A stretch of DNA of 32,000 bases. Source: Delftia acidovorans NBRC 14950 (GTDB lineage: Bacteria > Pseudomonadota > Gammaproteobacteria > Burkholderiales > Burkholderiaceae_C). Numbering within the stretch: the first letter of the stretch is position 1; each line of letters begins with the position of its first letter. Both the position numbers and the translations under genes were made by a program. The notes under the pieces are model-generated. The model was not told the DNA's origin, ran no database searches, and saw nothing but the letters and a program-made list of their open reading frames with translations. Location of the stretch: positions 60,001 to 92,000 of the forward strand of contig NZ_BCZP01000021.1 in NCBI RefSeq assembly GCF_001598795.1, read 5' to 3'. Positions 8,127-17,087 of this stretch are shown one piece after another.

Positions 8127-11069
8127 ATGAGCACTACCGATCTTCACGCGGCTTCCCTGAGCGATCTCTATGACCGGCTGCATGAAAGCCTCAGCGACGA
8201 GGCCTTTGCCGCCGAACTCGACGCCCGCCTGCATGACGGGCGGGCTGACGAGGTCCGCACCTTCCTGCGCGGCTGCGAGGAGCGTTGTCTCAACATCCTG
8301 GGGCATCTGAGCGGCAGCGACGCACCCTGGTCGCGTGACGGCGATCGCTGGCTGGCCTTTGCGCGGCTCACCGTGCCGCGCGGCCATGTGCTGTCGGGCC
8401 GCAGCGAGGAGCTGACCAATGCCCATGTGGCTGCCGAAGTGCGCGTGCTGGCCGAGCAATGGCTGGCCCACGCCCGCAGCGCCGACCTGCCTGTGTACAA
8501 GGGCATAGGCCTGGTGCTCGGCAGCCTGCTGCCCTGGCTCAGCTATCCCGGCATGCCCTATGACGAGGTGACGTCCACGCTGGACTGGGCGCTGGCGCTG
8601 CGCGAGGAGGCCGGGTTCCGCCGCAGCCATGAGTACCACGCGGCCTGGAAGCCCCTGGTCGCCCAGCTGAACGATGCCGACCTGCTGCGCTACGCCGCAG
8701 TGGGCGGCAAGCTGTTCGACGATGTGCTGGACCACTACCGCAACGAGCGCCAGCCCGGGCAGCCCAAGGGCCAGGGCTGGAAGGACTGGCTGCCTTTCTT
8801 TGCCGAGCATCCCCAGCTCTTCGACAAATCCTACATAGATGATCCCGACCTGATCGGGCAGCGCTGGGCCAGTGCCGGCGCGCCCCGGCGAGAGGAACTG
8901 GCCGCGCTGCTGCTCAGCCAATTGACCTACTCCCAGCGTGCCGAGCGGACGAGCGCATTGCAATTGCTGGACCGCCTCGTGGCCGAGGATTCCGCGCCCT
9001 TTGCCAAGCAGCTGCGTGAGAACGGCCGCTACCAGATCAGCCTGGCGCTGGCCATGCATGTCATGAAGCAGGACGATGCCGCCTTGCTGCCCCTGCTGCT
9101 GCCCGCCATGGCCCAGCGCTGCGACCGCGAGGACGAGCTGCGCCGCTACCGCAGCGTGATCCGCGAACTGGTGACCCGCCGCCCGGCCGATCTGGCCGAG
9201 GTGCCTGTCAAGGACCTGGTCAATGTGCTGCCCGCGTTCGACACCGCCAGCCTGAAGGCCACGCTGCCCACCTTGACCCCGCTCATCGCAGGCAGCAGCG
9301 CAAAGGGCCTGCGCGCCGCCATGGCCGGTCTGGCCGCCCATATTCCGCTGGCCAGCTTGGTGGATGCCGGCTGGCTGAACAAGCCGCCCAAGAACCTGCT
9401 GCTGACCTGCCGCGACGTGCTGCTGGCCCACCCCGACCCCGCTGTCGGTCCCTTGCTGGCGCAGTTGCTGGCCGGCGGCAAGCTGGATGCGGCCTCGGCC
9501 AGCAGCGTGCAGCAGCGGCTGCAGCAGTTGGGCCTGACAGGGCAGGGCGCCTCGACATCGGATGAAAGCCAGGCAGATGCCGCATCGCCAGCGTCTGCCG
9601 CTGGCGGCGTGGATCTGCAAGCCCAGCTCGCCTCCATCAAGCGCCTGAGCGCGGCCATCAAGCCCTTCGATACGCCCGAGCTGCTGGCGCTGTGCGCGCC
9701 GCTGTCCGAACACGCGGCCCGCGTGCTGCTGCATGTGTCTGCCATTGCCGAAGGCGGCCTGCCGCCGCTGGCCGGCGAGCTGCTGGCGCGCATTCCGGCC
9801 GACAACCGTGCCCGCCTGGCGCTGGCCCTGGTGCAGCAATGGATTGCTTCCGAGGGCGAGCCCAAGCAGCGCTGGGCGCTCAGGCTGCTGCCCGGCCATG
9901 CCGATGACCGCGTGGTCGATGCGCTGGTGTCCGCCGTCCAGGCCTGGAACCGCCCGCGCCTGCAGCGCGCGGCCGCCGCCGTGGAGCATCTGGGCGAGGT
10001 GGACAGCCTCTACGCTCTGCTGCGCGTGCAGGAGATCTCCGAGTCGCGCTCGCTCAAGGACCAGGTGCAGCGCACGGCGCGCATCGCCCTGCGCGCTGCC
10101 GCCGCGCGCCGCAAGATGAGCGTGCCCGAACTCTTCGACGAGCTGACGCCGGACTTCGGCCTGGGCCAGGGCCTGACGGTCACGGTCGGGCCGCAGAGCT
10201 ACCGCGTGGAGCTGCAGGGCGATCTGAGCCTGCGCGTCATCAACGACAAAAACAAGGCCAGCAAGACCATTCCTGCGGTCAAGGACGAGGCGCTCAAGCC
10301 CGAATGGGAGGCGGCCACCGCGCAGCTCAAGACCCTGGCCACCAGCCTCAAGACCGTGGTCAAGCAGCAGGCGCCGCGCATGCTGGCGGCCCTGGTCAGC
10401 GGCAAGCGCTGGCCGCTGGATCGCTGGCAGCGGCTGTTCGTGGCCCACCCGTTGCTGCGCATCGTGGGGCGCAGCCTGATCTGGCGCGCCGAGGATGCGC
10501 CGGGCCTGGCGCGCACCAGCTTCCGCTTGGCCGAGGATTTCTCGCTGGTCGATGTGGAGGATGAAACCGTGACCCTGCCCGCTGGCTGCAGCATCAGCCT
10601 CTGGCACCCGGCCACGGCCCAGCCCGGCGAGCGCGAAGCCTGGCAGGCCTACATGGCCGACTATGAGCTGGAGCCCCTGGTCGACCAGCTGGGCGCCTGC
10701 GCCGAGCAGCCCGCGCCCGGCCAGTTCAAGAACGGCATGCTGCTGCCGCCCGCGCCGATCACGCTGGCGCAAGAGCAGCTTGGCGGCCTGCTCAAGAAAT
10801 TCGGCTACCGGCCCGGCCCCGTGGGCGATGGCCCCAGCATCAATGAGCATGTGTGGCGCCTGCCCGCGCTGGAGCTGAGCCTGGAGTTGTCGCACGGCTA
10901 TTTCCCGCCCTACCTGGACCTGGGCCTGCCCGTGGCCGTGGAAGGCCTGCGAGTGCACGACCTGAGCAAGGAATACGGGGCCAGCGCCGACCCGGCGCGG
11001 CTGCCCAAGCCGCTGCTGGCCACGCTGCAAGGCCAGTGGCTGGCCCTGGCGGCCAAGGCGGCTGCCTGA
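8127..11069 (+). CDS. Large helical-repeat protein with a C-terminal DUF4132-like module (YehI/MolR-like), paralog 1, 980 aa
   Basis: The ATG at 8127 gives an N-terminus colinear with paralogs 2 and 3. The shared C-terminal signature is ELTPDFGLG...LQGDLSLR...KQQAPR...RWPLDRWQRLFVAHPLLRIVGRSLIWR...LWHP...ADYELEPLVDQL...GPVGDGPSI. I recall the family assignment from memory and did not search for it. Confidence 0.85.
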   Translation: MSTTDLHAASLSDLYDRLHESLSDEAFAAELDARLHDGRADEVRTFLRGCEERCLNILGHLSGSDAPWSRDGDRWLAFARLTVPRGHVLSGRSEELTNAHVAAEVRVLAEQWLAHARSADLPVYKGIGLVLGSLLPWLSYPGMPYDEVTSTLDWALALREEAGFRRSHEYHAAWKPLVAQLNDADLLRYAAVGGKLFDDVLDHYRNERQPGQPKGQGWKDWLPFFAEHPQLFDKSYIDDPDLIGQRWASAGAPRREELAALLLSQLTYSQRAERTSALQLLDRLVAEDSAPFAKQLRENGRYQISLALAMHVMKQDDAALLPLLLPAMAQRCDREDELRRYRSVIRELVTRRPADLAEVPVKDLVNVLPAFDTASLKATLPTLTPLIAGSSAKGLRAAMAGLAAHIPLASLVDAGWLNKPPKNLLLTCRDVLLAHPDPAVGPLLAQLLAGGKLDAASASSVQQRLQQLGLTGQGASTSDESQADAASPASAAGGVDLQAQLASIKRLSAAIKPFDTPELLALCAPLSEHAARVLLHVSAIAEGGLPPLAGELLARIPADNRARLALALVQQWIASEGEPKQRWALRLLPGHADDRVVDALVSAVQAWNRPRLQRAAAAVEHLGEVDSLYALLRVQEISESRSLKDQVQRTARIALRAAAARRKMSVPELFDELTPDFGLGQGLTVTVGPQSYRVELQGDLSLRVINDKNKASKTIPAVKDEALKPEWEAATAQLKTLATSLKTVVKQQAPRMLAALVSGKRWPLDRWQRLFVAHPLLRIVGRSLIWRAEDAPGLARTSFRLAEDFSLVDVEDETVTLPAGCSISLWHPATAQPGEREAWQAYMADYELEPLVDQLGACAEQPAPGQFKNGMLLPPAPITLAQEQLGGLLKKFGYRPGPVGDGPSINEHVWRLPALELSLELSHGYFPPYLDLGLPVAVEGLRVHDLSKEYGASADPARLPKPLLATLQGQWLALAAKAAA

Positions 11070-11139
11070 GCCTTTGTGAACCTTTGCTCCCTTGAAACGT
11101 TGGCCGCCCGACCGCCCATCACCGAAGACTCCACAGACC

Positions 11140-14136
11140 ATGAGCAACAACGAGACAGCAGCGCTTCCCCTGCAGGCTTTGTACGAACTGCACACGGCCG
11201 CTCCGGCCGGGCGCGAGGGCATGCCGGCCTTTGCCGCCGAACTGGCAAAGCGCCTGGCCCAGGGGCGTGATGCCGAGGTGGCGGACTTCCTGCGCGACAG
11301 CAGCAGCCTGTGCCAGGAACGGCTGCACCAGCTGCCCGGCGAGCATGCGCCCTGGCAGCGCGACCACGCGCTGTGGCTGGCGCTGGCGCGCATCAGCCTT
11401 CCGCTGGGACAGTTCTATGGGGGCAACTCGGGCGTGCCCCGGCGCAGTGCCGAGCTGACCGCGGAGCTGACGGCACTGGCCCGCGCCTGGCTGGATGACT
11501 GGGGCACCCGCACCCACCAGCCCTGGAGATTGCGCGATGGCTACGACCTCGTGCTCAGGCAGGTGTTTGGCGTGCTGGGCCATGAAGGCATGTCCAGTGC
11601 CGAGGTCACCGGCCTGCTGCGCTGGGCGCGGGAACTGAGCGCAAAGGCCGGCATTGCGCCCGGCGCGCAGTACTACTGCCACTGGCAGCACCTGCTGCAC
11701 CAGCTGCCCGAGCCCGAACTGCTGGCCATGGCCATCGAGGACGGCGGCGGCCAGCTCAGCCGCGACATCGTCCAACGCCAGCTGCCGCTGCAGCGCACGC
11801 GGCCTGCAGGGCAGCGCTGGGCGCTGTGGCGGGATTTTTTTGCGCAATTCCCCGCCGTGCTTGACCAGCTGCGCCTGCCCGAGCCCGTGCTGATTGCATC
11901 GCGCTGGGAGGCGGCCGATGCCGCGCGCCGCGACCTGCTGGCCCAGGACCTGTTCAAGGCCTTGTGCTTTGCCTCGGACGATGACTGGCCGCATGACCGT
12001 GCCCTGGTGGAGCGCATGCTGCAGACCGATGCCGCACCGCTGGTCGCCTGGTTCAAGCAACTGGGCCACCTGGCGATCAATCCCGTCGTGGCGCAGCGGC
12101 TGTGGGACGCCCGGTGGCCGGCCCTGCTGCCGCTGCTATTGCCGGCCTGCGCAGACGGCTGCAAGCACGAATCCGACCGCGCCGGCTACGCCCCGGTGGC
12201 CGAGACCCTGCTGGCCGATCGCCCTGGCGACCTGGCCCGGCTGGCCGCCGGCCCGCTCACGCACCTGCTGCCCGCGCTGCGCGTGGACACGCTTCAGCGG
12301 CTGCTGCCGCAACTGGGCAAGGCCGCCTCCAGCAGTGCCTCCAAGGGCTTGCGTGCGGCGCTGGCACAGGCCCTGTCTGCCTTGCCCGTGGATGCGCCCC
12401 AGGCCGCCGGCTGGCTGGCCAAGCCCAACAAGAACCTGGTGCTGGCCTACCGCGATGTGCTGGTGGCCCATTCTGATCCGGCGTCTGGCAGCCTGCTGTC
12501 GGCACTGCTGTCCGGTGGATTGCTGGAGGTGGCCGAGCAAGGCCCGGTGCAGGCGCGCCTGAAGGATCTGGGTGCCGCAGCCCCGGTTGCGGACGCAGCC
12601 AGGCCACCTGCCGGCGAGGTCGCTCCGGCAGGCAGCGATGGTGCCGGCTCCCTGGCAGATCTTGAAGCCCAGGCCGCCAGCCTGCAGCGCCTGTCGCCCG
12701 CCATTGCCGCGCTGGACCAGCCGGCGCTGCTGGACCTGCTCGCGCCCCTGTCGGCCCAGGCCGCGCGTGCGCTGCTGCACCTGGCGGCCACCAGCCCGCA
12801 GGAGCTGCCGGCGCTGGCCCACCACCTGCTGGCCCAGGCCAGCGCCGAGAATCGCGCGCGGCTGGCCCAGGCCCTGGTCCAGCACTGGGTGGCTGCCGAT
12901 GGCGCGCCCGAATCGCGCTGGGTGCTCAAGCTGCTGCCCGGCGCGGCGGACGACCGCATCGTCGATGTGCTGTCCTCGGCCGCCCTGGCTTGGCACAAGA
13001 CGCGCAAGGAGCGCGCCGTGGTCGCGCTGCAGCAGCTGGGCCGGCTCGACACGGTCTATGCCCTGTCCTGCGTGCAGGCCCTGGCCACCGGCAAGACGCT
13101 CAAGCCCAGCGTGCTGGCTGCCGCGCAGGCCGTGCTGGCCGAGGCCGCCACGCGGCGCGGCATGGTGCTGGCCGACCTCAGTGATGAGCTGACCCCGGAC
13201 TTCGACCTGGGCCGGGGCGTGCAATTGCAAGTGGGCGCGCAGACCTATGACGTGCTGCTGCAGGGTGACCTGTCGCTGCGCCTGCGCACGCCGGCCGGCA
13301 AGCTGGTGCGCAGCCTGCCGGCCCTGGCCGACGAGGGCCTGCGCACGGAGTGGGATGCGGCCGCCGCGCGGCTCAAGACGCTGTCCAAAGGCATCAAGGC
13401 CGTGCTGCAGCAGCAGGCGCCACGCCTGCAGTCCTGCCTGATGCTGGGTCGGCACTGGCCGCTGGACACCTGGCGCCGCCTCTTCCTGGAGCACCCGCTG
13501 CTGCGCGTGGTGGCACAGGGCCTGGTCTGGCGGGTGGAGCCCGCGGCCGGCCAGCCGTTCAGCCTGCGCATTGCCGAAGACTTGTCCCTGGTCGATGCCG
13601 AGAGCGACGCGGTGCAACTGCCGGGCGAGGGCCGCATCGCCCTGTGGCACCCCGCGCAGGCCACCGAACAGGAGCGTGCGCAGTGGCGCGAATGCCTGGC
13701 CGACTACGGCCTCAAGGCCCTGATCGAGCAGGTCGATGCGCCCGCCGACCTGCCACTGGCCAGCCAGTGGCAGCATGAGCTGCTGCAGCCCCAGGCACCG
13801 ATACGGCTCACGCAGCAGGCGCTGGACGGCCTGGCAGGCCCATGGCGCTTTCATGCCGGCCCTGTGTGCGATGGCCCCGGCATCTACCTGCACCTGCGGG
13901 ACTTTGCCGTGCAGCGCTGGCGCGTGGAACTGCTGCACAGCGCGGCCATGCCGTACTACGAGCCCGGCCATGAAATCGACATCGAAGGCTTTGCCCTGCG
14001 CGACATGGCCGCCGACCGCCTGCTGCCCCCGGCCGAATGGCCGCTGCCGCTGCAGGCATCGCTGTGCGGCATGCTCCAGGCCCTGGCCTCGCGCGCTGCG
14101 GGCGCGGCAGCCGCAGCGGCTGCAGCCCAGGTTTGA
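11140..14136 (+). CDS. DUF4132-like large protein (YehI/MolR-like), paralog 2, 998 aa
   Basis: I preferred the ATG at 11140 (MSNNETAALPLQALYELH) over the TTG at 11092 because it aligns with the other paralog N-termini. It has the same motif series (APWQRD..LWLALAR, GWLAKPNKNLVLAYRDVLVAHSDP, ELTPDFDLG, LQGDLSLR, QQAPR, HWPLDTWRRLFLEHPLLRVV, LWHP, ADYGL) and ends in a poly-Ala tail. Confidence 0.85.
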   Translation: MSNNETAALPLQALYELHTAAPAGREGMPAFAAELAKRLAQGRDAEVADFLRDSSSLCQERLHQLPGEHAPWQRDHALWLALARISLPLGQFYGGNSGVPRRSAELTAELTALARAWLDDWGTRTHQPWRLRDGYDLVLRQVFGVLGHEGMSSAEVTGLLRWARELSAKAGIAPGAQYYCHWQHLLHQLPEPELLAMAIEDGGGQLSRDIVQRQLPLQRTRPAGQRWALWRDFFAQFPAVLDQLRLPEPVLIASRWEAADAARRDLLAQDLFKALCFASDDDWPHDRALVERMLQTDAAPLVAWFKQLGHLAINPVVAQRLWDARWPALLPLLLPACADGCKHESDRAGYAPVAETLLADRPGDLARLAAGPLTHLLPALRVDTLQRLLPQLGKAASSSASKGLRAALAQALSALPVDAPQAAGWLAKPNKNLVLAYRDVLVAHSDPASGSLLSALLSGGLLEVAEQGPVQARLKDLGAAAPVADAARPPAGEVAPAGSDGAGSLADLEAQAASLQRLSPAIAALDQPALLDLLAPLSAQAARALLHLAATSPQELPALAHHLLAQASAENRARLAQALVQHWVAADGAPESRWVLKLLPGAADDRIVDVLSSAALAWHKTRKERAVVALQQLGRLDTVYALSCVQALATGKTLKPSVLAAAQAVLAEAATRRGMVLADLSDELTPDFDLGRGVQLQVGAQTYDVLLQGDLSLRLRTPAGKLVRSLPALADEGLRTEWDAAAARLKTLSKGIKAVLQQQAPRLQSCLMLGRHWPLDTWRRLFLEHPLLRVVAQGLVWRVEPAAGQPFSLRIAEDLSLVDAESDAVQLPGEGRIALWHPAQATEQERAQWRECLADYGLKALIEQVDAPADLPLASQWQHELLQPQAPIRLTQQALDGLAGPWRFHAGPVCDGPGIYLHLRDFAVQRWRVELLHSAAMPYYEPGHEIDIEGFALRDMAADRLLPPAEWPLPLQASLCGMLQALASRAAGAAAAAAAAQV

Positions 14137-14159
14137 CTCCCTCCAGAACCCCTGAATCC

Positions 14160-17087
14160 ATGACCTCTTCGACCCTAGAACACACCGACCAGGCCACGCT
14201 GGAGGAACTGAGCGCCTCGCTGCCACCCGCCGAACTGGTCCAGGTGCTGGCCAGCCGCATGCGCGCGGGCCGGCATGACGAAGTGGGCGCCTTCACGCGC
14301 AAGGCCTTCGACGACTATTCCAACCCCATCCGCGCCCTGGGCAACTTCGATCTGCCCTGGACCCATGACCATGACCTGTGGCTGGCCTTCGCGCGGCAGA
14401 CCATCCCCTTCGGGCGCAGGATCGACGGCAGCCTGGACGGCGACATTCCACGCCACAGCCCCGAGCTTGCGGCCGAGTTCGAGCAGATGGCGCGCGCCAG
14501 CCTGGCCCGTCCACCTGCGCCGGACGGCGACAACGACTACCGTGAAATCCGCATCCTGGACATGTTCGGCTGGCTCTGGTACCCGGGCATCAGCCGCGAA
14601 CGGGTGATGCAGCAGCTGGACTGGGCCGCAGAGCTGAACGTCCAGTCCGGCGCCAGGTATGACAGAACCGACTGGAAGCTGCTGCTGGGCAGCCTGGAAG
14701 ACCAGGACCTGATGGAGCTGGCCGAGCGCGGCGGCGCGCTCTATGCCGACATCCGCGATGTCTACATGACGCGGCACAGCGACGTTCCGCACCCGCAGCG
14801 CTGCGCGCCCTGGTACGACTTCTACCGCCGCCATCCCGACTGGTTCGACGACAAGCCCATCAACGAAGACCCGGGCCTGATCGCGCTGCGCTGGGACCTG
14901 GGCGCCGACGCCCAGCGGCGCCTGGAACTGGTCAACCTGCTGCTGGGCAGGGCGGACCGCGAGCCGGCTGATTACTTCATCTCCATTTTCGACCGCCTGG
15001 TGCGGGAGGATGCCGCGCCCTTCGTCGCCTGGATCGAAGGATGGCAGCCCAAGTACCACTTCGATGCGGTGGTCGCCCGGCAGATCTGGACGGCACGCTA
15101 CCCGGAGCTTTTGCCCCATCTGCTGCGCTGCATATTGCAGAAATCGCGCATTGAGCCCTTCATCGGCCTGCTCAACCAGATGCTGACCGAGCAGCCCGAC
15201 TATCTGCGCGAGATTCCCACCGTGCGCCTGGCCCCGCTGCTGGCGCAGCTGGACCCGGCCATGCTGCATGCCCGGCTGCCCCTGCTGGGCGAACTGCTGG
15301 CGGCCAGCAGCTCGCGGGCGCTGCGCGAAGCGGTGGCGCGCTTCATGCAAGGGCTGGATGCGCAGGCCGTAGGCGCTGTCTTCGAGTCCAACGCCTGGCT
15401 GCAGCGGCGCGAGAAAGCGATGCAGCTGGCCTGCCGCGACATCCTGCTGGCCCACCCCGATCCCGGGGTCGCACCGCTGCTGCAGGCGCTGCTGCGCACG
15501 GGCCTGGACCTGGGCTCCGAAAGCATGGTCGAGGGCCGGCTGCTGGCCCTGGGTGTCTCAGTGCCAGGCGCTCTGACCGTGGCGCAGGGGGAGGGGGGCC
15601 GGGTCCCGCTCGATGCGCTGGAGGCCCGCGTGGCGCGCTTCAAGCGCTTTTCCAGCAGCATCAAGGCCTATGACCAGCCAGAGACCCTGGCCCTGTTCGC
15701 GCCGCTGTCCGGGCATGCGGCACGCACCGTGCTGCACCTGGTGGCCACGGCCGAGGAAGAACTGCCGCCGCTGGTGGAGCAGTTGCTGGCCCATGTGCCG
15801 GCCGAAAGCCGCGCCCAGCTGTCCCTGCACCTGGTCAATGCCTGGGTGGCCCTGGAGGGCGAGCCCAAGGCGCGCTGGGCGCTGCGCCTGGCCACCGGCC
15901 ATATCGACGACCGCCTGGTGCAGACCCTGGTGGCCGCCGTGAAGGCCTGGGGCTGGAGCAAGAAGCTGCGCGCCATCATCGCCGTGGAGCAGCTCGGTGC
16001 GCTGGACACGCTGTACGCGCTGTCCCAGGTCCAGACCCTGTCCAGCTCGCGCAAGCTCAAGGATCTGGTGATTGAAGCCACGCATGACGCGCTCAAGGCG
16101 GCCGCCCAGCGCCGCGGCCTGAGCCTGATCGAGCTGTATGACGAGCTGACGCCCGATTTCGGCCTGGGCGGCGAAGGCCTGGTGCTGGAGGTGGGCCCGC
16201 AGCGCTACCGCCTGCAGCTGCAGGGCGACCTGAGCCTGCGCGTGGTCGGCGACAAGGGCAAGGCCTCCAAGACCCTGCCTGCGCTCAAGGACGAATCGCT
16301 GCGCCTGCAGTGGAATGCGGCCCAGGCCGAATTCAAGACCGTTGCCGCAGGCGTCAAGGCCATCGCCAAGCAGCAGGTGCCGCGCCTGGGTACCGCCTTC
16401 ATGACGGGACAGCGCTGGTCCGTCCCGCGCTGGCGCAGATTGTTCCTGCTGCATCCCCTGCTGCGCATCGTGGGCCGCAGCCTGATTTGGCGGCTGGAGC
16501 AGGGCGCCAGCTTTCGCATTGCCGAGGACTTTTCCCTGCTCGACGCCACCGACGATGCCGTGGAGCTGCCCGACGACGCACAGGTGCTGCTCTGGCATCC
16601 GGTCGATGCCGCAGCGGGCGAGGTTGAAGCCTGGCGCACCTGCCTGGCCGACTACGAGCTGCAGCCGCTGATCGACCAGCTGAACGCAGGCGCACAACTG
16701 CCCGAAGCCGGGCAGTGGAAGAACCATGCCCTGCACCCCGCCGGCCCGCTGCAGATACGCCAGGGCGCGCTGTCCGGCCTGCTGGCCAAGTGGAACTACC
16801 GCCCCGGCCCCGTGGGGGACGGCCCCGGCATCTACGAGCACAAGCTGGACCTGGCAGGCCCGCAGCTGTACATCGAACTCCACCACGGGCGCTACCTGCC
16901 GTTCATGGACCTGGACAACCGCGTGGACATCACCCATGCCGTGGTCTATGACAGCAGCCACCGCGGCGACGATGGCCGCTGGCCCCGGCTGCAGCCGCAG
17001 CAGTGGCCGCGCGCACTGCAGGCCACGCTGATGGCGCAGTTCGCGGCCATCGCCGCCAAATCGGCCAGCACCAAAGAGAGCGACTGA
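14160..17087 (+). CDS. DUF4132-like large protein (YehI/MolR-like), paralog 3, 975 aa
   Basis: It starts at the ATG at 14160 (MTSSTLEHTDQATLEELSASL) and has the same motif series. By eye it is closest to paralog 1 in the C-terminal third (ELTPDFGLG, LQGDLSLRVVGDKGKASKTLPALKDE, HPLLRIVGRSLIWR, ADYELQPLIDQL, RPGPVGDGPGI). Confidence 0.85.
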   Translation: MTSSTLEHTDQATLEELSASLPPAELVQVLASRMRAGRHDEVGAFTRKAFDDYSNPIRALGNFDLPWTHDHDLWLAFARQTIPFGRRIDGSLDGDIPRHSPELAAEFEQMARASLARPPAPDGDNDYREIRILDMFGWLWYPGISRERVMQQLDWAAELNVQSGARYDRTDWKLLLGSLEDQDLMELAERGGALYADIRDVYMTRHSDVPHPQRCAPWYDFYRRHPDWFDDKPINEDPGLIALRWDLGADAQRRLELVNLLLGRADREPADYFISIFDRLVREDAAPFVAWIEGWQPKYHFDAVVARQIWTARYPELLPHLLRCILQKSRIEPFIGLLNQMLTEQPDYLREIPTVRLAPLLAQLDPAMLHARLPLLGELLAASSSRALREAVARFMQGLDAQAVGAVFESNAWLQRREKAMQLACRDILLAHPDPGVAPLLQALLRTGLDLGSESMVEGRLLALGVSVPGALTVAQGEGGRVPLDALEARVARFKRFSSSIKAYDQPETLALFAPLSGHAARTVLHLVATAEEELPPLVEQLLAHVPAESRAQLSLHLVNAWVALEGEPKARWALRLATGHIDDRLVQTLVAAVKAWGWSKKLRAIIAVEQLGALDTLYALSQVQTLSSSRKLKDLVIEATHDALKAAAQRRGLSLIELYDELTPDFGLGGEGLVLEVGPQRYRLQLQGDLSLRVVGDKGKASKTLPALKDESLRLQWNAAQAEFKTVAAGVKAIAKQQVPRLGTAFMTGQRWSVPRWRRLFLLHPLLRIVGRSLIWRLEQGASFRIAEDFSLLDATDDAVELPDDAQVLLWHPVDAAAGEVEAWRTCLADYELQPLIDQLNAGAQLPEAGQWKNHALHPAGPLQIRQGALSGLLAKWNYRPGPVGDGPGIYEHKLDLAGPQLYIELHHGRYLPFMDLDNRVDITHAVVYDSSHRGDDGRWPRLQPQQWPRALQATLMAQFAAIAAKSASTKESD

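Noticed and set aside
11092-11139. A TTG start at 11092 for paralog 2.
   Set aside because: The ATG at 11140 aligns with the N-termini of paralogs 1 and 3. The added 16 residues (MKRWPPDRPSPKTPQT) have no counterpart in the other copies.
8028-11393. A 1121 aa antisense ORF opposite paralog 1. Similar giant minus-strand ORFs lie at 12136-14226, 14175-15455, 15558-16961, 16946-18322 and 18096-20366.
   Set aside because: These are shadow ORFs typical of high-GC DNA. Their translations are Gly/Arg/Gln/His/Ala low-complexity sequence with no motifs. The + strand frames carry recognisable motifs (Walker A, MIDAS, SWIM, the paralog signature), high GC3 and ATGA-type translational coupling.
14095-14133. 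The poly-Ala C-terminal tail of paralog 2 (AAGAAAAAAAAQV).
   Set aside because: It is probably just GC-rich low-complexity sequence at a gene end. It is not shared by the other paralogs and there is nothing to suggest a function.
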